Assembly (NCBI GenBank): GCA_051952485.1 | Contig: JBQCJS010000151.1 | Location: 1-27,079, forward strand | Direction: 5' to 3' | Length of the DNA stretch: 27,079 nt | DNA from: Thermomicrobiales bacterium | GTDB lineage: Bacteria; Chloroflexota; Chloroflexia; Thermomicrobiales; UBA6265 | Part shown: positions 1 through 10,666 of the stretch, piece by piece | Numbering within the stretch: the first letter of the stretch is position 1 | Layout: the number at the start of each line of letters is the position of its first letter | Position numbers and translations under genes: made by a program | The notes under the pieces: model-generated | What the model was told of the DNA's origin: nothing | Seen by the model: the letters and a program-made list of their open reading frames with translations, nothing else | Database searches by the model: none

Positions 1-69
1 GGGTGCAACGTTTCGGGCTCATGGGAATAGCCGAGCCGCGAAGAATCCCGATGAGGAAGTGTATCGCGA

Positions 70-101
70 ACGGGCCGCACCCCTGCAGGGATGCGGCCCG
101 T
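70..101 (-). terminator. Stem-loop downstream of topA, probable transcript 3' end
   Basis: ACGGGCCGCA(70-79)...TGCGGCCCGT(92-101) 10-bp stem with inner CCC-TGCA-GGG, about 25 nt past the topA stop; only a weak U-tract. Confidence 0.55.
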
Positions 102-125
102 CGTGCTGTGCCGAGACGTCGGGGA

Positions 126-2471
126 TCAGTCCCCGGCCTTCGCGAGCTGGGGCAGGGATTGCTCGGAGACGAGGGTGCTGCAGACGGGGCACTTCAACTG
201 GCCGTTGCGTCCGACCTCCATCATCCACGGCGAATCCCCGTTCGGGCACGGATGTTCCACCGGCTTGTTCCAGGAAACGAAATCGCACTCCGGGTAGCGC
301 TCGCACCCGTAGAACTTCCGCCCCTTCTTCGAGCGGCGCTCCACGACCTCGCCCTGATGGCAGGTCGGGCACTCGACGCCGATCCGGGTCAGCAGCGGGC
401 GTGCGTTCCGGCAGTCCGGGAACCCACTGCAGGCCAGGAACTTGCCGAAGCGCCCCAGCTTGATCACCATCGGGCGGCCGCACAGCTCGCAGACCTCATC
501 GGTCGGCTCGTCCTTGATCTGGACGCGCTCCATGGTCTGTTCGGCATTCTTGAGCGTCGCGGCGAACGGCCCGTGGAACTCCTGCAGAGTCGGCACCCAC
601 TTCCGCTCCCCGGAGGCGATGTCGTCCAGCTCGTTCTCCAGCTGGGAGGTGAAGCTGACATCGAAGAGATCCGGGAAGTGCTCCACCAGCAGGTCGTTGA
701 CCACGAACCCGAGCTCGGTCGGGATCAGCTTCCGCTCCTCGACGGCCACGTAGCTCCGGGCCTGGAGGGTCGCGACCGTGGAGGGGTAGGTGCTCGGCCG
801 GCCGATCCCCTGCTCCTCCAGCGCCTTCACGAGGGTCGCCTGGGTGTAGCGCGGCGGCGGCTGCGTGAAGTGCTGCTCCGGCAGGAGCTTCAGCAGGTTC
901 AGCGGGTCGCCCACCGCGACGTCCGGCAGGGCGCCAGCATCGAGCTCGTCCGTCTCGCCCTCGTCGCGGCCCTGCTGGTAGACGGCCATCCACCCCTGGA
1001 ACTTCACGATGGAGCCGTTCGCCCGGAAGAGATAGGGCTTCTCGCCCGCCTCGACCGCGGCGGCGGGACCTGCCGCGACATCGACCCGCGTGTTGTCGAG
1101 CAGGGCATCCGCCATCTGGCTCGCCATGAAGCGCTGCCAGATCAGCTGGTACAGCCGGAACTGCGGCGCGCTGAGGAGCGACTTCACCGATTCCGGGGTC
1201 CGCGCGGGGCTGGTCGGGCGGATCGCCTCGTGGGCTTCCTGTGCACCCTTCGACTTCTTCGTGTAGACCGGCGGGCGGGCCGGGACGAACTCATCACCGA
1301 AGCGGCCCGCGATCACGCTGCGGGCGGCCTGCTGCGCGCTCACCGCCACGTTCGTGGAGTCGGTGCGCATGTAGGTGATGAGGCCCTGCACGCCCTCGGC
1401 GCCAAGGTCGATGCCCTCGTAGAGCTCCTGCGCCATGCGCGTCGTGCGGCCAACCTGGAAGCCGAGCTTGCGCGACGCCTCTTGGAGCATGGTGCTGGTG
1501 GTGAAGGGCGGCTGCGGGCGACGGCGGCGTTCGCTGCGCACGACATCCGCGACCTTCCAGGCCGCGCCGTCCAGCGCCTTCACGATGGCGTCGGTCGCCT
1601 CCCCTGTGCCGAGCTCGGCCTTCTTGCCCGCGATCTGGTGGAGGCTGGCCCGGAACTGGTCGCGCTTGGTCGGTTCCTTGCCGGTCACCTTGGCCAGGTC
1701 GGCCTCCAGCGACCAGTATTCGACCGGAATGAACTGCTCGATCTCGCGCTCGCGCTCCACCACGATCCGGAGCGCGGCTGTCTGGACGCGCCCGGCGGAG
1801 AGACCGCGCTTGACCTTCTTCCATAGCAACGGACTGATGCTGTAGCCCACGAGGCGATCGAGGATGCGCCGCGCCTGATAGGCATCGACGAGGTCCATGT
1901 CGATATCGCGAGGATGGTCCATCGCGGAGACGACGGCCTCCGGCGTGATCTCGTGGAAGACCACCCGATGCACGGGCTTGTCCTCGGCATCCGTCGCGTG
2001 GAGCAGGTGCCAGGCGATGGCCTCGCCCTCGCGGTCGGGGTCGGTGGCGAGGTAGATCTCCTTCGCCCCGGCCACGCTGTCCTTCAGCTCCTTCACGACC
2101 TTGTTCTTGTCGCGGGGGATCAGGTATTTCGGATGGAAGTCGGCCTCGACGTCAACGCCCAGCGTGCTCTTCGGCAGGTCGCGGATATGGCCCATCGAGG
2201 CCTTAACCGTGTAGCCGGAGCCGAGGTAACGGCCGATGGAACGCGCCTTCGCCGGCGACTCGACGATCACCAGCTTGCCGCGTGGCGTCTTCGGCCTGGC
2301 CGCGGCCTTCTTCTTCGCGGCCGTTCCGGAGGAAGGTTTCCGCGTCGTCGCGCTCGTGGTGGATGTGGATGTGGATCGGGTTGCCCGGGGTTTGGATGCC
2401 TTGGGGGCTTCACTGCCCGCCTCGGCCGCCTCGTCAACGACGGCGGTGGCGGCAGTCTCCTGGAGTGCCAT
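126..2471 (-). CDS. topA: DNA topoisomerase I (type IA) with a ~65-aa basic/Ser-Thr N-terminal extension and C-terminal zinc ribbons
   Basis: TOPRIM start KLVIVESPAKA, LATDPDREGEAIAWH, SAGRVQT, catalytic LITYMRTD, GIGRPSTY; C-terminal CELC/CSGFPDC, CPTC/CERYPEC and CPNG/CPVC motifs; CAGGAA RBS-like sequence upstream of the ATG. Confidence 0.98.
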   Translation of the reverse strand: MALQETAATAVVDEAAEAGSEAPKASKPRATRSTSTSTTSATTRKPSSGTAAKKKAAARPKTPRGKLVIVESPAKARSIGRYLGSGYTVKASMGHIRDLPKSTLGVDVEADFHPKYLIPRDKNKVVKELKDSVAGAKEIYLATDPDREGEAIAWHLLHATDAEDKPVHRVVFHEITPEAVVSAMDHPRDIDMDLVDAYQARRILDRLVGYSISPLLWKKVKRGLSAGRVQTAALRIVVEREREIEQFIPVEYWSLEADLAKVTGKEPTKRDQFRASLHQIAGKKAELGTGEATDAIVKALDGAAWKVADVVRSERRRRPQPPFTTSTMLQEASRKLGFQVGRTTRMAQELYEGIDLGAEGVQGLITYMRTDSTNVAVSAQQAARSVIAGRFGDEFVPARPPVYTKKSKGAQEAHEAIRPTSPARTPESVKSLLSAPQFRLYQLIWQRFMASQMADALLDNTRVDVAAGPAAAVEAGEKPYLFRANGSIVKFQGWMAVYQQGRDEGETDELDAGALPDVAVGDPLNLLKLLPEQHFTQPPPRYTQATLVKALEEQGIGRPSTYPSTVATLQARSYVAVEERKLIPTELGFVVNDLLVEHFPDLFDVSFTSQLENELDDIASGERKWVPTLQEFHGPFAATLKNAEQTMERVQIKDEPTDEVCELCGRPMVIKLGRFGKFLACSGFPDCRNARPLLTRIGVECPTCHQGEVVERRSKKGRKFYGCERYPECDFVSWNKPVEHPCPNGDSPWMMEVGRNGQLKCPVCSTLVSEQSLPQLAKAGD

Positions 2472-2719
2472 GAATGTCTGTTCCTGTTCGCTCGAAATGA
2501 GGGCGCGTCAGGATCGCATCCTGGCTCGCCAGTGTCCCTACAGCAGGCGGATTCGTCGTGCGGGGATCGAAAGCATAGATGGTGATCGCCCCGCCTTCCA
2601 CCGTATGCAGGTGGCCATCGTCGCGATGGCCTGGTCCGGATTCCGGATCGGTGATGCGCTTGCGATGTCGTACGTGCGGTGGCCGCGCTCGGAAGCGAGG
2701 CTCGTGCAACCGCTTTTCT

Positions 2720-2749
2720 AAAGTAGAGAGCAACCGGCGGCGCTGTCAA
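2720..2749 (-). promoter_or_regulatory. sigma70-type promoter for topA
   Basis: Minus strand TTGACA (2749-2744), 18-nt spacer, TACTTT (2725-2720); perfect -35; implies a ~240-nt 5' leader. Confidence 0.65.
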
Positions 2750-2813
2750 GCAACCAGCCCGCGGTCCCCGAGCGTCCTGCCTCGGCGGTGCCATCCGCAG
2801 GCCCGCTTTTCGG

Positions 2814-3917
2814 CTATCGCCCCTTGCGGACGTAGTGCCCGACACCGACCTCCTCCACCAGTCCCTGCAGCATCAGTTGCATCAGCAACCCCGCAACCTG
2901 CGACATCGGGAGGTTCGCCGCATCGCAGATGTCATCGATGTGTCGCGGTTCCCCGGACATCACGCCAAGCACCACCCGCTCCGGCTCGCCGAGGGGTAGC
3001 GCCTGCTGCACCGCGAGTTGCTCCGGCGTCTTGCCGATCCCGAGGTCATCCAGGACATCCTGCGCCGACCGCACGAGAAAGGCGCCATTCCGGATCAGCT
3101 GGTTGCATCCGGCGCTCTTGCTTGCCCCGATCGGGCCTGGCACGGCGCAGACATCGCGCCCTTGGTCGGCGGCGAAGTCGACCGTGATGAGCGCCCCGCT
3201 CTTCTCCGGCGCTTCGGTCACCACCACACCGCGGGACATGCCGGAGATGATCCTGTTCCGGGCCGGGAAGTTGCGGGCATCCGGTTTCGTGTCGGGGAGA
3301 TAGTCCGAGATCACGGCGCCCTGTTCCGCAATGCGGTCGGCCAACCGCCGATGCTCCGCCGGATAGATCTGGCGCAGGCCGCTGCCCAGCACCGCGATGG
3401 TCCGGCCACCGGCGTCCAGCGCCGCCTGGTGCGCGACCCCATCGACGCCGATGGCCATGCCGGAGACGACCGTCACCCCAGCCTGGGCGAGTCCGGTCGC
3501 GATGTCTCCGGTGACGCTGCGCCCATAGGGCGAGATCTGGCGCGTGCCGACGATGGCGACCGCATCACGATCCGCATCGAGCAGCGATCCGCGCACGAAC
3601 AGCACCGGCGGCGGCAGGTGAATCTGCCGGAGCAACTCCGGATAGGTCGCGTCGTCGATGGTGACGGCCTCGATCCCATGCCGGTCGAGATCCGCCATCA
3701 CTCTATTTACGTCAAGTTCCTTGCGAACGGATTCCAGCGAGGCAACCGCTCGCTCCGGAACCACGGCGCGCAGGCGACGCCCATCGGTCTTCCACGCCGC
3801 TTCGGCGGAGCCGAAGGCCTCCCGCAAACGGCCCAGCGCGAAGGGTCCGAGGTACGGCACATGCTGGAACGCGACGAGATACGCCCGCTCGGCATCGAGG
3901 ACATCCTGCTCGCTCAC
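2814..3917 (-). CDS. dprA: DNA-processing protein DprA (Smf)
   Basis: YPELLRQIHLPPPVLFVRG, VAIVGTR, VVSGMAIGVDGVAH, FPARNRIISG, SGALIT and a C-terminal winged-helix-like tail; GTG start with AGGAG upstream; conserved adjacency to topA. Confidence 0.97.
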   Translation of the reverse strand: MSEQDVLDAERAYLVAFQHVPYLGPFALGRLREAFGSAEAAWKTDGRRLRAVVPERAVASLESVRKELDVNRVMADLDRHGIEAVTIDDATYPELLRQIHLPPPVLFVRGSLLDADRDAVAIVGTRQISPYGRSVTGDIATGLAQAGVTVVSGMAIGVDGVAHQAALDAGGRTIAVLGSGLRQIYPAEHRRLADRIAEQGAVISDYLPDTKPDARNFPARNRIISGMSRGVVVTEAPEKSGALITVDFAADQGRDVCAVPGPIGASKSAGCNQLIRNGAFLVRSAQDVLDDLGIGKTPEQLAVQQALPLGEPERVVLGVMSGEPRHIDDICDAANLPMSQVAGLLMQLMLQGLVEEVGVGHYVRKGR

Positions 3918-3955
3918 CAGCGCTCCTGACCAACACTCACCTGGATCACGATCGC

Positions 3956-3985
3956 ATTATCCGGAGCGAGGGCATTCCGGGACAA
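3956..3985 (-). promoter_or_regulatory. Possible sigma70-type promoter for dprA
   Basis: Minus strand TTGTCC (3985-3980), 18-nt spacer, GATAAT (3961-3956), about 40 nt upstream of the GTG. Confidence 0.4.
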
Positions 3986-4073
3986 GACGCTTGCCCGTAC
4001 AATCGCCGCATGGGCGGGTCGACCGCACGGCCAGCCACGGTTCGTATGGGACACACAGGAAGGATCGCCCCGC

Positions 4074-4856
4074 ATGGTGAACGGAAACCCGGTCCGCGAG
4101 AAGATGGCGCGCGGCGAGGTCGTCCTCGGCTGCTTCGTGCAGACACCGACGCCCCAGATGGTGGAGGTGCTGGCCCTCACCGGTTTCGATTTCGCGCTGA
4201 TCGACGCCGAGCACAGTGCGCTCCAGCCGGACACGGTCTACCCGATGATCCTGGCAGCGGAGGCGCGGGGCATCTCCCCGGTCGTGCGCGTCGGGGAGCT
4301 CGATCCCAAGGTCGTGCTCAAGTACGTCGACCTCGGGGCCGAGGGCATCATGGCGCCGCAGATCGACACCCCGGAGCAGGCCGAACTCGTGATCTCCGCC
4401 ACGAAGTTCCTTCCGCGCGGCAACCGGGGACTCGCCGGTGGCCGCATCTTCGACTTCGGGATGCGGGATACGGCGTCGGCCATGGCCAGCGGGTTGTCCG
4501 ATCGCGTCCTCACCATCGTGCAATTCGAGCACGTCGATACGCTGGGCCAGCTGGACGCCATCCTCGACACCCCCGATCTCGATGTCCTCTTCGTCGGCCC
4601 GAACGACCTCGCCCAGTCGCTCGGCCTGCACGGCCAGCCGGCGCACCCGGAGGTCGCGAAGGTGGCGGACGAGGTGGTGGCGCGCTGCAAGGCAAAGGGA
4701 ATCAGGACGGGGACCACGTTCCTGAATGTCGCGCACGCCCAGGAGACGGTCGATCGCGGCTTCGACATGCTCGTCTGCAATTCGATGTCGATGTTCGCCA
4801 ATGCGGCCCGCGCCATCGGGGACGGGGTCGCGCCGTTCCTGCGACGCCAGGCGTAG
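4074..4856 (+). CDS. HpcH/HpaI family class II aldolase (substrate unknown)
   Basis: GFDFALIDAEH, VVRV, DLGAEGIMAPQI, PRGNRG, LDVLFVGPNDLAQSLG are typical of the HpcH/HpaI/GarL family; AGGAAGG RBS; -10-like TACAAT at 3998-4003. Confidence 0.9.
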   Translation: MVNGNPVREKMARGEVVLGCFVQTPTPQMVEVLALTGFDFALIDAEHSALQPDTVYPMILAAEARGISPVVRVGELDPKVVLKYVDLGAEGIMAPQIDTPEQAELVISATKFLPRGNRGLAGGRIFDFGMRDTASAMASGLSDRVLTIVQFEHVDTLGQLDAILDTPDLDVLFVGPNDLAQSLGLHGQPAHPEVAKVADEVVARCKAKGIRTGTTFLNVAHAQETVDRGFDMLVCNSMSMFANAARAIGDGVAPFLRRQA

Positions 4857-5177
4857 CCGCCGGGCCATCGTGCGCGTTGCACATCCCGGTGAATGCCGAA
4901 CCCGGGCGCAGGCATGTTTTTGCACGGAATGACCAAAGACCGTGACACTGTTTTGTATCCGGCCGGTGTCGTCGCTGACGGTTCTGCACGGAATCGGCAC
5001 ATGAGTCCTGTTTTCGCCCCCCTATGAGCCGGCAGGATCATGCATGGTGGACGCGGACAGGGCATACTAGCGATGTCGCGTCACCGCCGGCCCCAATGTT
5101 CCGGCGTTGCGCACGATGGACGTTCCCCCTGCACCGCGCGGAGCGAAGGAGTCTCACTCGCGATTTGTGCAGAACTG

Positions 5178-5186
5178 TGGTAATGT
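5178..5186 (+). promoter_or_regulatory. Possible extended -10 promoter for oppD/oppF
   Basis: TG-G-TAATGT (TGnTAnnnT) with no good -35; would give a ~210-nt leader. Confidence 0.4.
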
Positions 5187-5404
5187 CCTGCCCCAGAACC
5201 GCGCCATGATGCTGGTGAACCTCGGACGCGACGCAGCGTCCACAAGGGACGGGATCTTCCCTCCCTTCGATATCGGCATCCGGCGAACGCGCCAGGTGCT
5301 TCGGGATTGAACGGCTCCGGTGCGGACGCACCATCACAGCCGGCAACCAACCAGTCGGACCCCGGTCCGATCCGTGTGTCTCAGTCTGGGCGAGAGGAGC
5401 CAGG

Positions 5405-6565
<1,161 letters not shown>

Positions 6566-6586
6566 CCGGAACGCCGGAGGAAAGAC

Positions 6587-7627
<1,041 letters not shown>

Positions 7628-7677
7628 CGGCATCGGACAGGCGGACGCCGATCGGCGTATCATTGCCACAGCAATCG

Positions 7678-7712
7678 GGAAGGCGGGTTGCCACACAGGT
7701 GACCCGCCTTCC
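7678..7712 (+). other. Intercistronic stem-loop between oppF and the site-2 protease gene
   Basis: GGAAGGCGGGTTGCC-ACACA-GGTGACCCGCCTTCC: 15-bp stem with two G.U pairs on the sense strand; no U-tract. Confidence 0.6.
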
Positions 7713-7773
7713 GCATCACACTCGTCCACCCGAGCCACCGCCACTGCCACCGCCGCCACCAAACGGAGACCGC

Positions 7774-8445
7774 GTGGGAACGATCACCCGCTCACCCGAA
7801 GAGATCATCGCCATCCTGCTGTCGTTCGTGATCGCGACCACGATCCACGAGTGCGCGCACGCCGTGACGGCACTGCGGCTCGGCGACCCTACTGCCCGCG
7901 ACATGGGCCGGGTCACGCTGAACCCGATCGCCCACTTCGAGCCATTCGGTTTCTTCGGGATGGTGCTGATCTCGCTCGGGTACGGCTTCATCGGCTGGGG
8001 CAAGCCTTGCCCGGTGAATCCGTCGCGTTTCCGGTACTCGTTCGGGGGGCGGCGGAACCTCGGCATGGCGATCGTCGCGCTGGCCGGGCCGGTCTCGAAC
8101 GTCCTGCAGGCGCTGATCGTCGCGATTCCCTACCAGATCGCGCTGAAGAACGACGTCATCATCAATCCCGACGTCCGGCTCTTCATCGAGTACTTCATCT
8201 GGGTGAACATCCTGCTCGCCTCGTTCAACATGATCCCGATCCCCCCGCTGGACGGCTACAAGATCCTCACCGGCGTCCTGCCCAACTTCTGGGGACCGGT
8301 CCTGCAGCCGCTGGAACGCTACGGCTTCATGATCCTGATCGTGATCTTCTTCATCGGCGGCAGCATCGGCGGGTCGCTGGTCGGCGGCATGATCGATCCC
8401 GTCCGCCAGAGCCTGACCGATCTCGTCTACTTCATGATCCGATGA
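7774..8445 (+). CDS. Site-2 protease family (M50) intramembrane zinc metalloprotease, small YwhC-like type
   Basis: HECAH zinc motif, GDPTA..GRVTLNP..H, IGWGKP.PVNP, VALAGPVSN, NMIPIPPLDG; start reassigned to GTG 7774 behind a GGAG RBS (the ORF track start at 7663 adds a proline-rich non-coding stretch). Confidence 0.93.
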   Translation: MGTITRSPEEIIAILLSFVIATTIHECAHAVTALRLGDPTARDMGRVTLNPIAHFEPFGFFGMVLISLGYGFIGWGKPCPVNPSRFRYSFGGRRNLGMAIVALAGPVSNVLQALIVAIPYQIALKNDVIINPDVRLFIEYFIWVNILLASFNMIPIPPLDGYKILTGVLPNFWGPVLQPLERYGFMILIVIFFIGGSIGGSLVGGMIDPVRQSLTDLVYFMIR

Positions 8446-9071
8446 CGACCTTCCACCTCACCCCTGCCGGCACGATCCACCGACTCCTGGACACCTGCGC
8501 CTACCGGCTGGGACAGGCCGTCGCATTCGCGCGGCCCCAGTCGAGGCCGGAGATGCCGCCCGAAATCGCGCTCTGCCTCCTTCCGGGCACCGTCGAGCGA
8601 TTCCGCCAGCTCCCCGCCGCGGACCAGCGGCATTTGCTCGCGGTCGGCGCCTCCCTGCGTGAGACCGGCGCCGCGCAGGACCTCTGGATCGCCGGCCTGC
8701 TCCACGATATCGGGAAGTGCCATCGCGGCAGGCACGTCCACCTGCTGGATCGCGGTGTCTGGGTGTTCTCCTCGCATATCCGGCCACTGGCACGGCGCAT
8801 CCGCGAGCTGCCCGACATGCCCCGCGCCGGTAGCGGCCTCTGGATCGCCGCGCACCACGCCGCGCTTGGGGCAACCACGCTGCGGGAGCTGGGCTACAGC
8901 GAGCGCATCTGCACGCTGGTCGCCGCGCATGAGGATGCGGTCCTGGCCCAGACCGATCCCGAGCTGGCGTCCCTGCGGCTGGCCGACGACGCGCGCCATT
9001 CGGTTCCTTCCCCCGTCAGGACCTATCTACCAGCACGCCTGCGGAAGGACGCTCATGGTCACGCAGGCTGA
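8442..9071 (+). CDS. HD-domain metal-dependent phosphohydrolase
   Basis: 3' part of track ORF 7539-9071; ATG 8442 overlaps the protease stop (ATGA); motifs DQRH, GLLHDIGK, AHHAALGA, AAHE, LRLADD. Confidence 0.85.
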   Translation: MTTFHLTPAGTIHRLLDTCAYRLGQAVAFARPQSRPEMPPEIALCLLPGTVERFRQLPAADQRHLLAVGASLRETGAAQDLWIAGLLHDIGKCHRGRHVHLLDRGVWVFSSHIRPLARRIRELPDMPRAGSGLWIAAHHAALGATTLRELGYSERICTLVAAHEDAVLAQTDPELASLRLADDARHSVPSPVRTYLPARLRKDAHGHAG

Positions 9072-9897
9072 GCACCTATCCCATGACAACGCCGGACTCA
9101 GCCTCGCCAATTACCAGCTGCGCCTCCCGGACTTCGAGGGGCCACTGGACCTGCTGCTGCGCCTGATCGAGCGGAGCCAGATGGCGATCGCCGATGTCTC
9201 CCTGGTGGCCGTCACGGACCAGTTCCTGGAGCGCGTCGCCGCGATGCGCGACGCCGGCACCACACCGGACGAGACGATCGCCGAGTTTGCCGCGGTCGGG
9301 ACCCGGCTCACCCTGCTGAAGAGCCGTTCCCTGCTTCCCCGGCCGCCCAAGGCCGACGAGGAAGAACCGCTGCAGGGCGATCTCGCCGCCGAGCTGGCCC
9401 AGTACAAGCAGATGAAGACCGTCGCGCTGCACCTGGGGGAACTCCACGCGGCGGGCAACGCCATCTTCCCGCCATCGGCGCGGATATCCGTCGCCATTCC
9501 CGCGACCCCGGCGCAGGACATCCGGCTCATTCCGTACGAGGCCTCGGTACTTCTGCGTTCGATCCGGCGGCGGTTGACGGTGACGGCAAAACCGATCGAA
9601 CTCATCAAGCAGCGCAAGGTGGTCAGCATCCGCGAGATGATCGACCGCGTGATCGATCTCACGGCTCGCCTCAGCCATCGACCGGTCAGCTTCACTTCCA
9701 TGACCCAGGCGTACCGGCAGCGCAGCGACGTGGCGACGGCGTTCCTGGCCGTGCTCGTCCTGGTGCGCCGAAATGCGCTGGAAGCCGAACAGGACGGCCT
9801 CTTTGGCGATATCCGCTTCCAGCGGGCGGCCGCCACGCCCGCCGACGGCGAGGTGGACGTTTCCTCGGAAGAGCTCGCCAACGAGTTCCTGAACTAG
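9055..9897 (+). CDS. scpA: Segregation and condensation protein A (kleisin)
   Basis: FEGPLDLLLRLIE signature, LLKSRSLLP, C-terminal VATAFLAVLVL...EQDGLFGDI; ATG 9055 with GGAAGGA RBS, overlapping the HD gene end by 17 nt. Confidence 0.93.
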   Translation: MVTQAEHLSHDNAGLSLANYQLRLPDFEGPLDLLLRLIERSQMAIADVSLVAVTDQFLERVAAMRDAGTTPDETIAEFAAVGTRLTLLKSRSLLPRPPKADEEEPLQGDLAAELAQYKQMKTVALHLGELHAAGNAIFPPSARISVAIPATPAQDIRLIPYEASVLLRSIRRRLTVTAKPIELIKQRKVVSIREMIDRVIDLTARLSHRPVSFTSMTQAYRQRSDVATAFLAVLVLVRRNALEAEQDGLFGDIRFQRAAATPADGEVDVSSEELANEFLN

Positions 9898-9946
9898 CGG
9901 GGGCCACGGCCAACGCCACAAGCCCAATCGCCTCCACAACCACCGG

Positions 9947-10666
9947 ATGCCCATGACCGACACCGCACATGTCCAAGCGACCGATTCGACGGCAACCGAC
10001 GAGACCAGCGCCGGCCAGCTCGCGCTGCCCGGTGCGGCGTTGCGGTCGATCACGCTGCCCGAACTCGCGGCCCTGATGGAAGCCTTCCTGCTCGTCACGA
10101 CCGAGCCCCCGACCATCGACGATCTTGCCAAGGGCGCCGGGGTGGAACCCGACCAGGTGGCCGCGGCCCTGGATCTCCTGAACGAGGACGCCGGGCGGGG
10201 CTGGGTCGTCCAGCGGCATGGCAAGCGGGTCCAGCTGGCGACGGCGCCGCGCTTCGCGGAGCGCGTGCGCACGTTCCTCGGCCTCGACCGGGAGACGCGC
10301 CTCTCGTCCGCCGCGCTGGAGACGCTTGCCATCGTCGCCTACCAGCAGCCCGTCACGCGGGCGGAGATCGACGCCGTCCGCGGCGTGGACAGTTCCGGCG
10401 TCCTCGCGACCCTTCACGCGCGGGAACTGATCGAGCCGGTCGCCCGCCTGCAGACGGTGGGCAACCCGATCCAGTACGGCACGACGACGGCCTTCCTCCA
10501 GCACTTCGGCCTCCGTTCGCTCGCCGACCTTCCGCCGCTCGGACAGATCGACGGCACGGATGCCCGCGCGGCGCTCGATGCCGCGGCGGCGGCCGGCCGG
10601 CCCACGCACGAGGATGCTGCACCCCAGGATGCGGTGGCAGAGCCGGCGATAAAGGAGACACTGTGA
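9947..10666 (+). CDS. scpB: SMC-Scp complex subunit ScpB
   Basis: LSSAALETLAIVAYQQPVTRAEIDAVRGVDS and YGTTTAFLQHFGLRSLADLPPL; follows scpA. Start could be 9953. Confidence 0.95.
   Translation: MPMTDTAHVQATDSTATDETSAGQLALPGAALRSITLPELAALMEAFLLVTTEPPTIDDLAKGAGVEPDQVAAALDLLNEDAGRGWVVQRHGKRVQLATAPRFAERVRTFLGLDRETRLSSAALETLAIVAYQQPVTRAEIDAVRGVDSSGVLATLHARELIEPVARLQTVGNPIQYGTTTAFLQHFGLRSLADLPPLGQIDGTDARAALDAAAAAGRPTHEDAAPQDAVAEPAIKETL

Noticed and set aside
3-1826. 607-aa plus-strand ORF and similar long antisense ORFs (5381-7762, 9076-10332, 10414-11961, 11822-13168, 18344-19459, 20361-22028, 23695-24819)
   Set aside because: Shadow frames of well-supported genes in high-GC DNA; no family motifs and no RBS.
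2434-2733. 99-aa ORF and a 26-aa uORF upstream of topA
   Set aside because: The 99-aa start lies inside the predicted promoter; neither has an RBS or recognisable features.
7736-7760. (GCCACY)-type hexamer run before the protease RBS
   Set aside because: Short, imperfect and outside the probable CDS; no evidence for phase variation.
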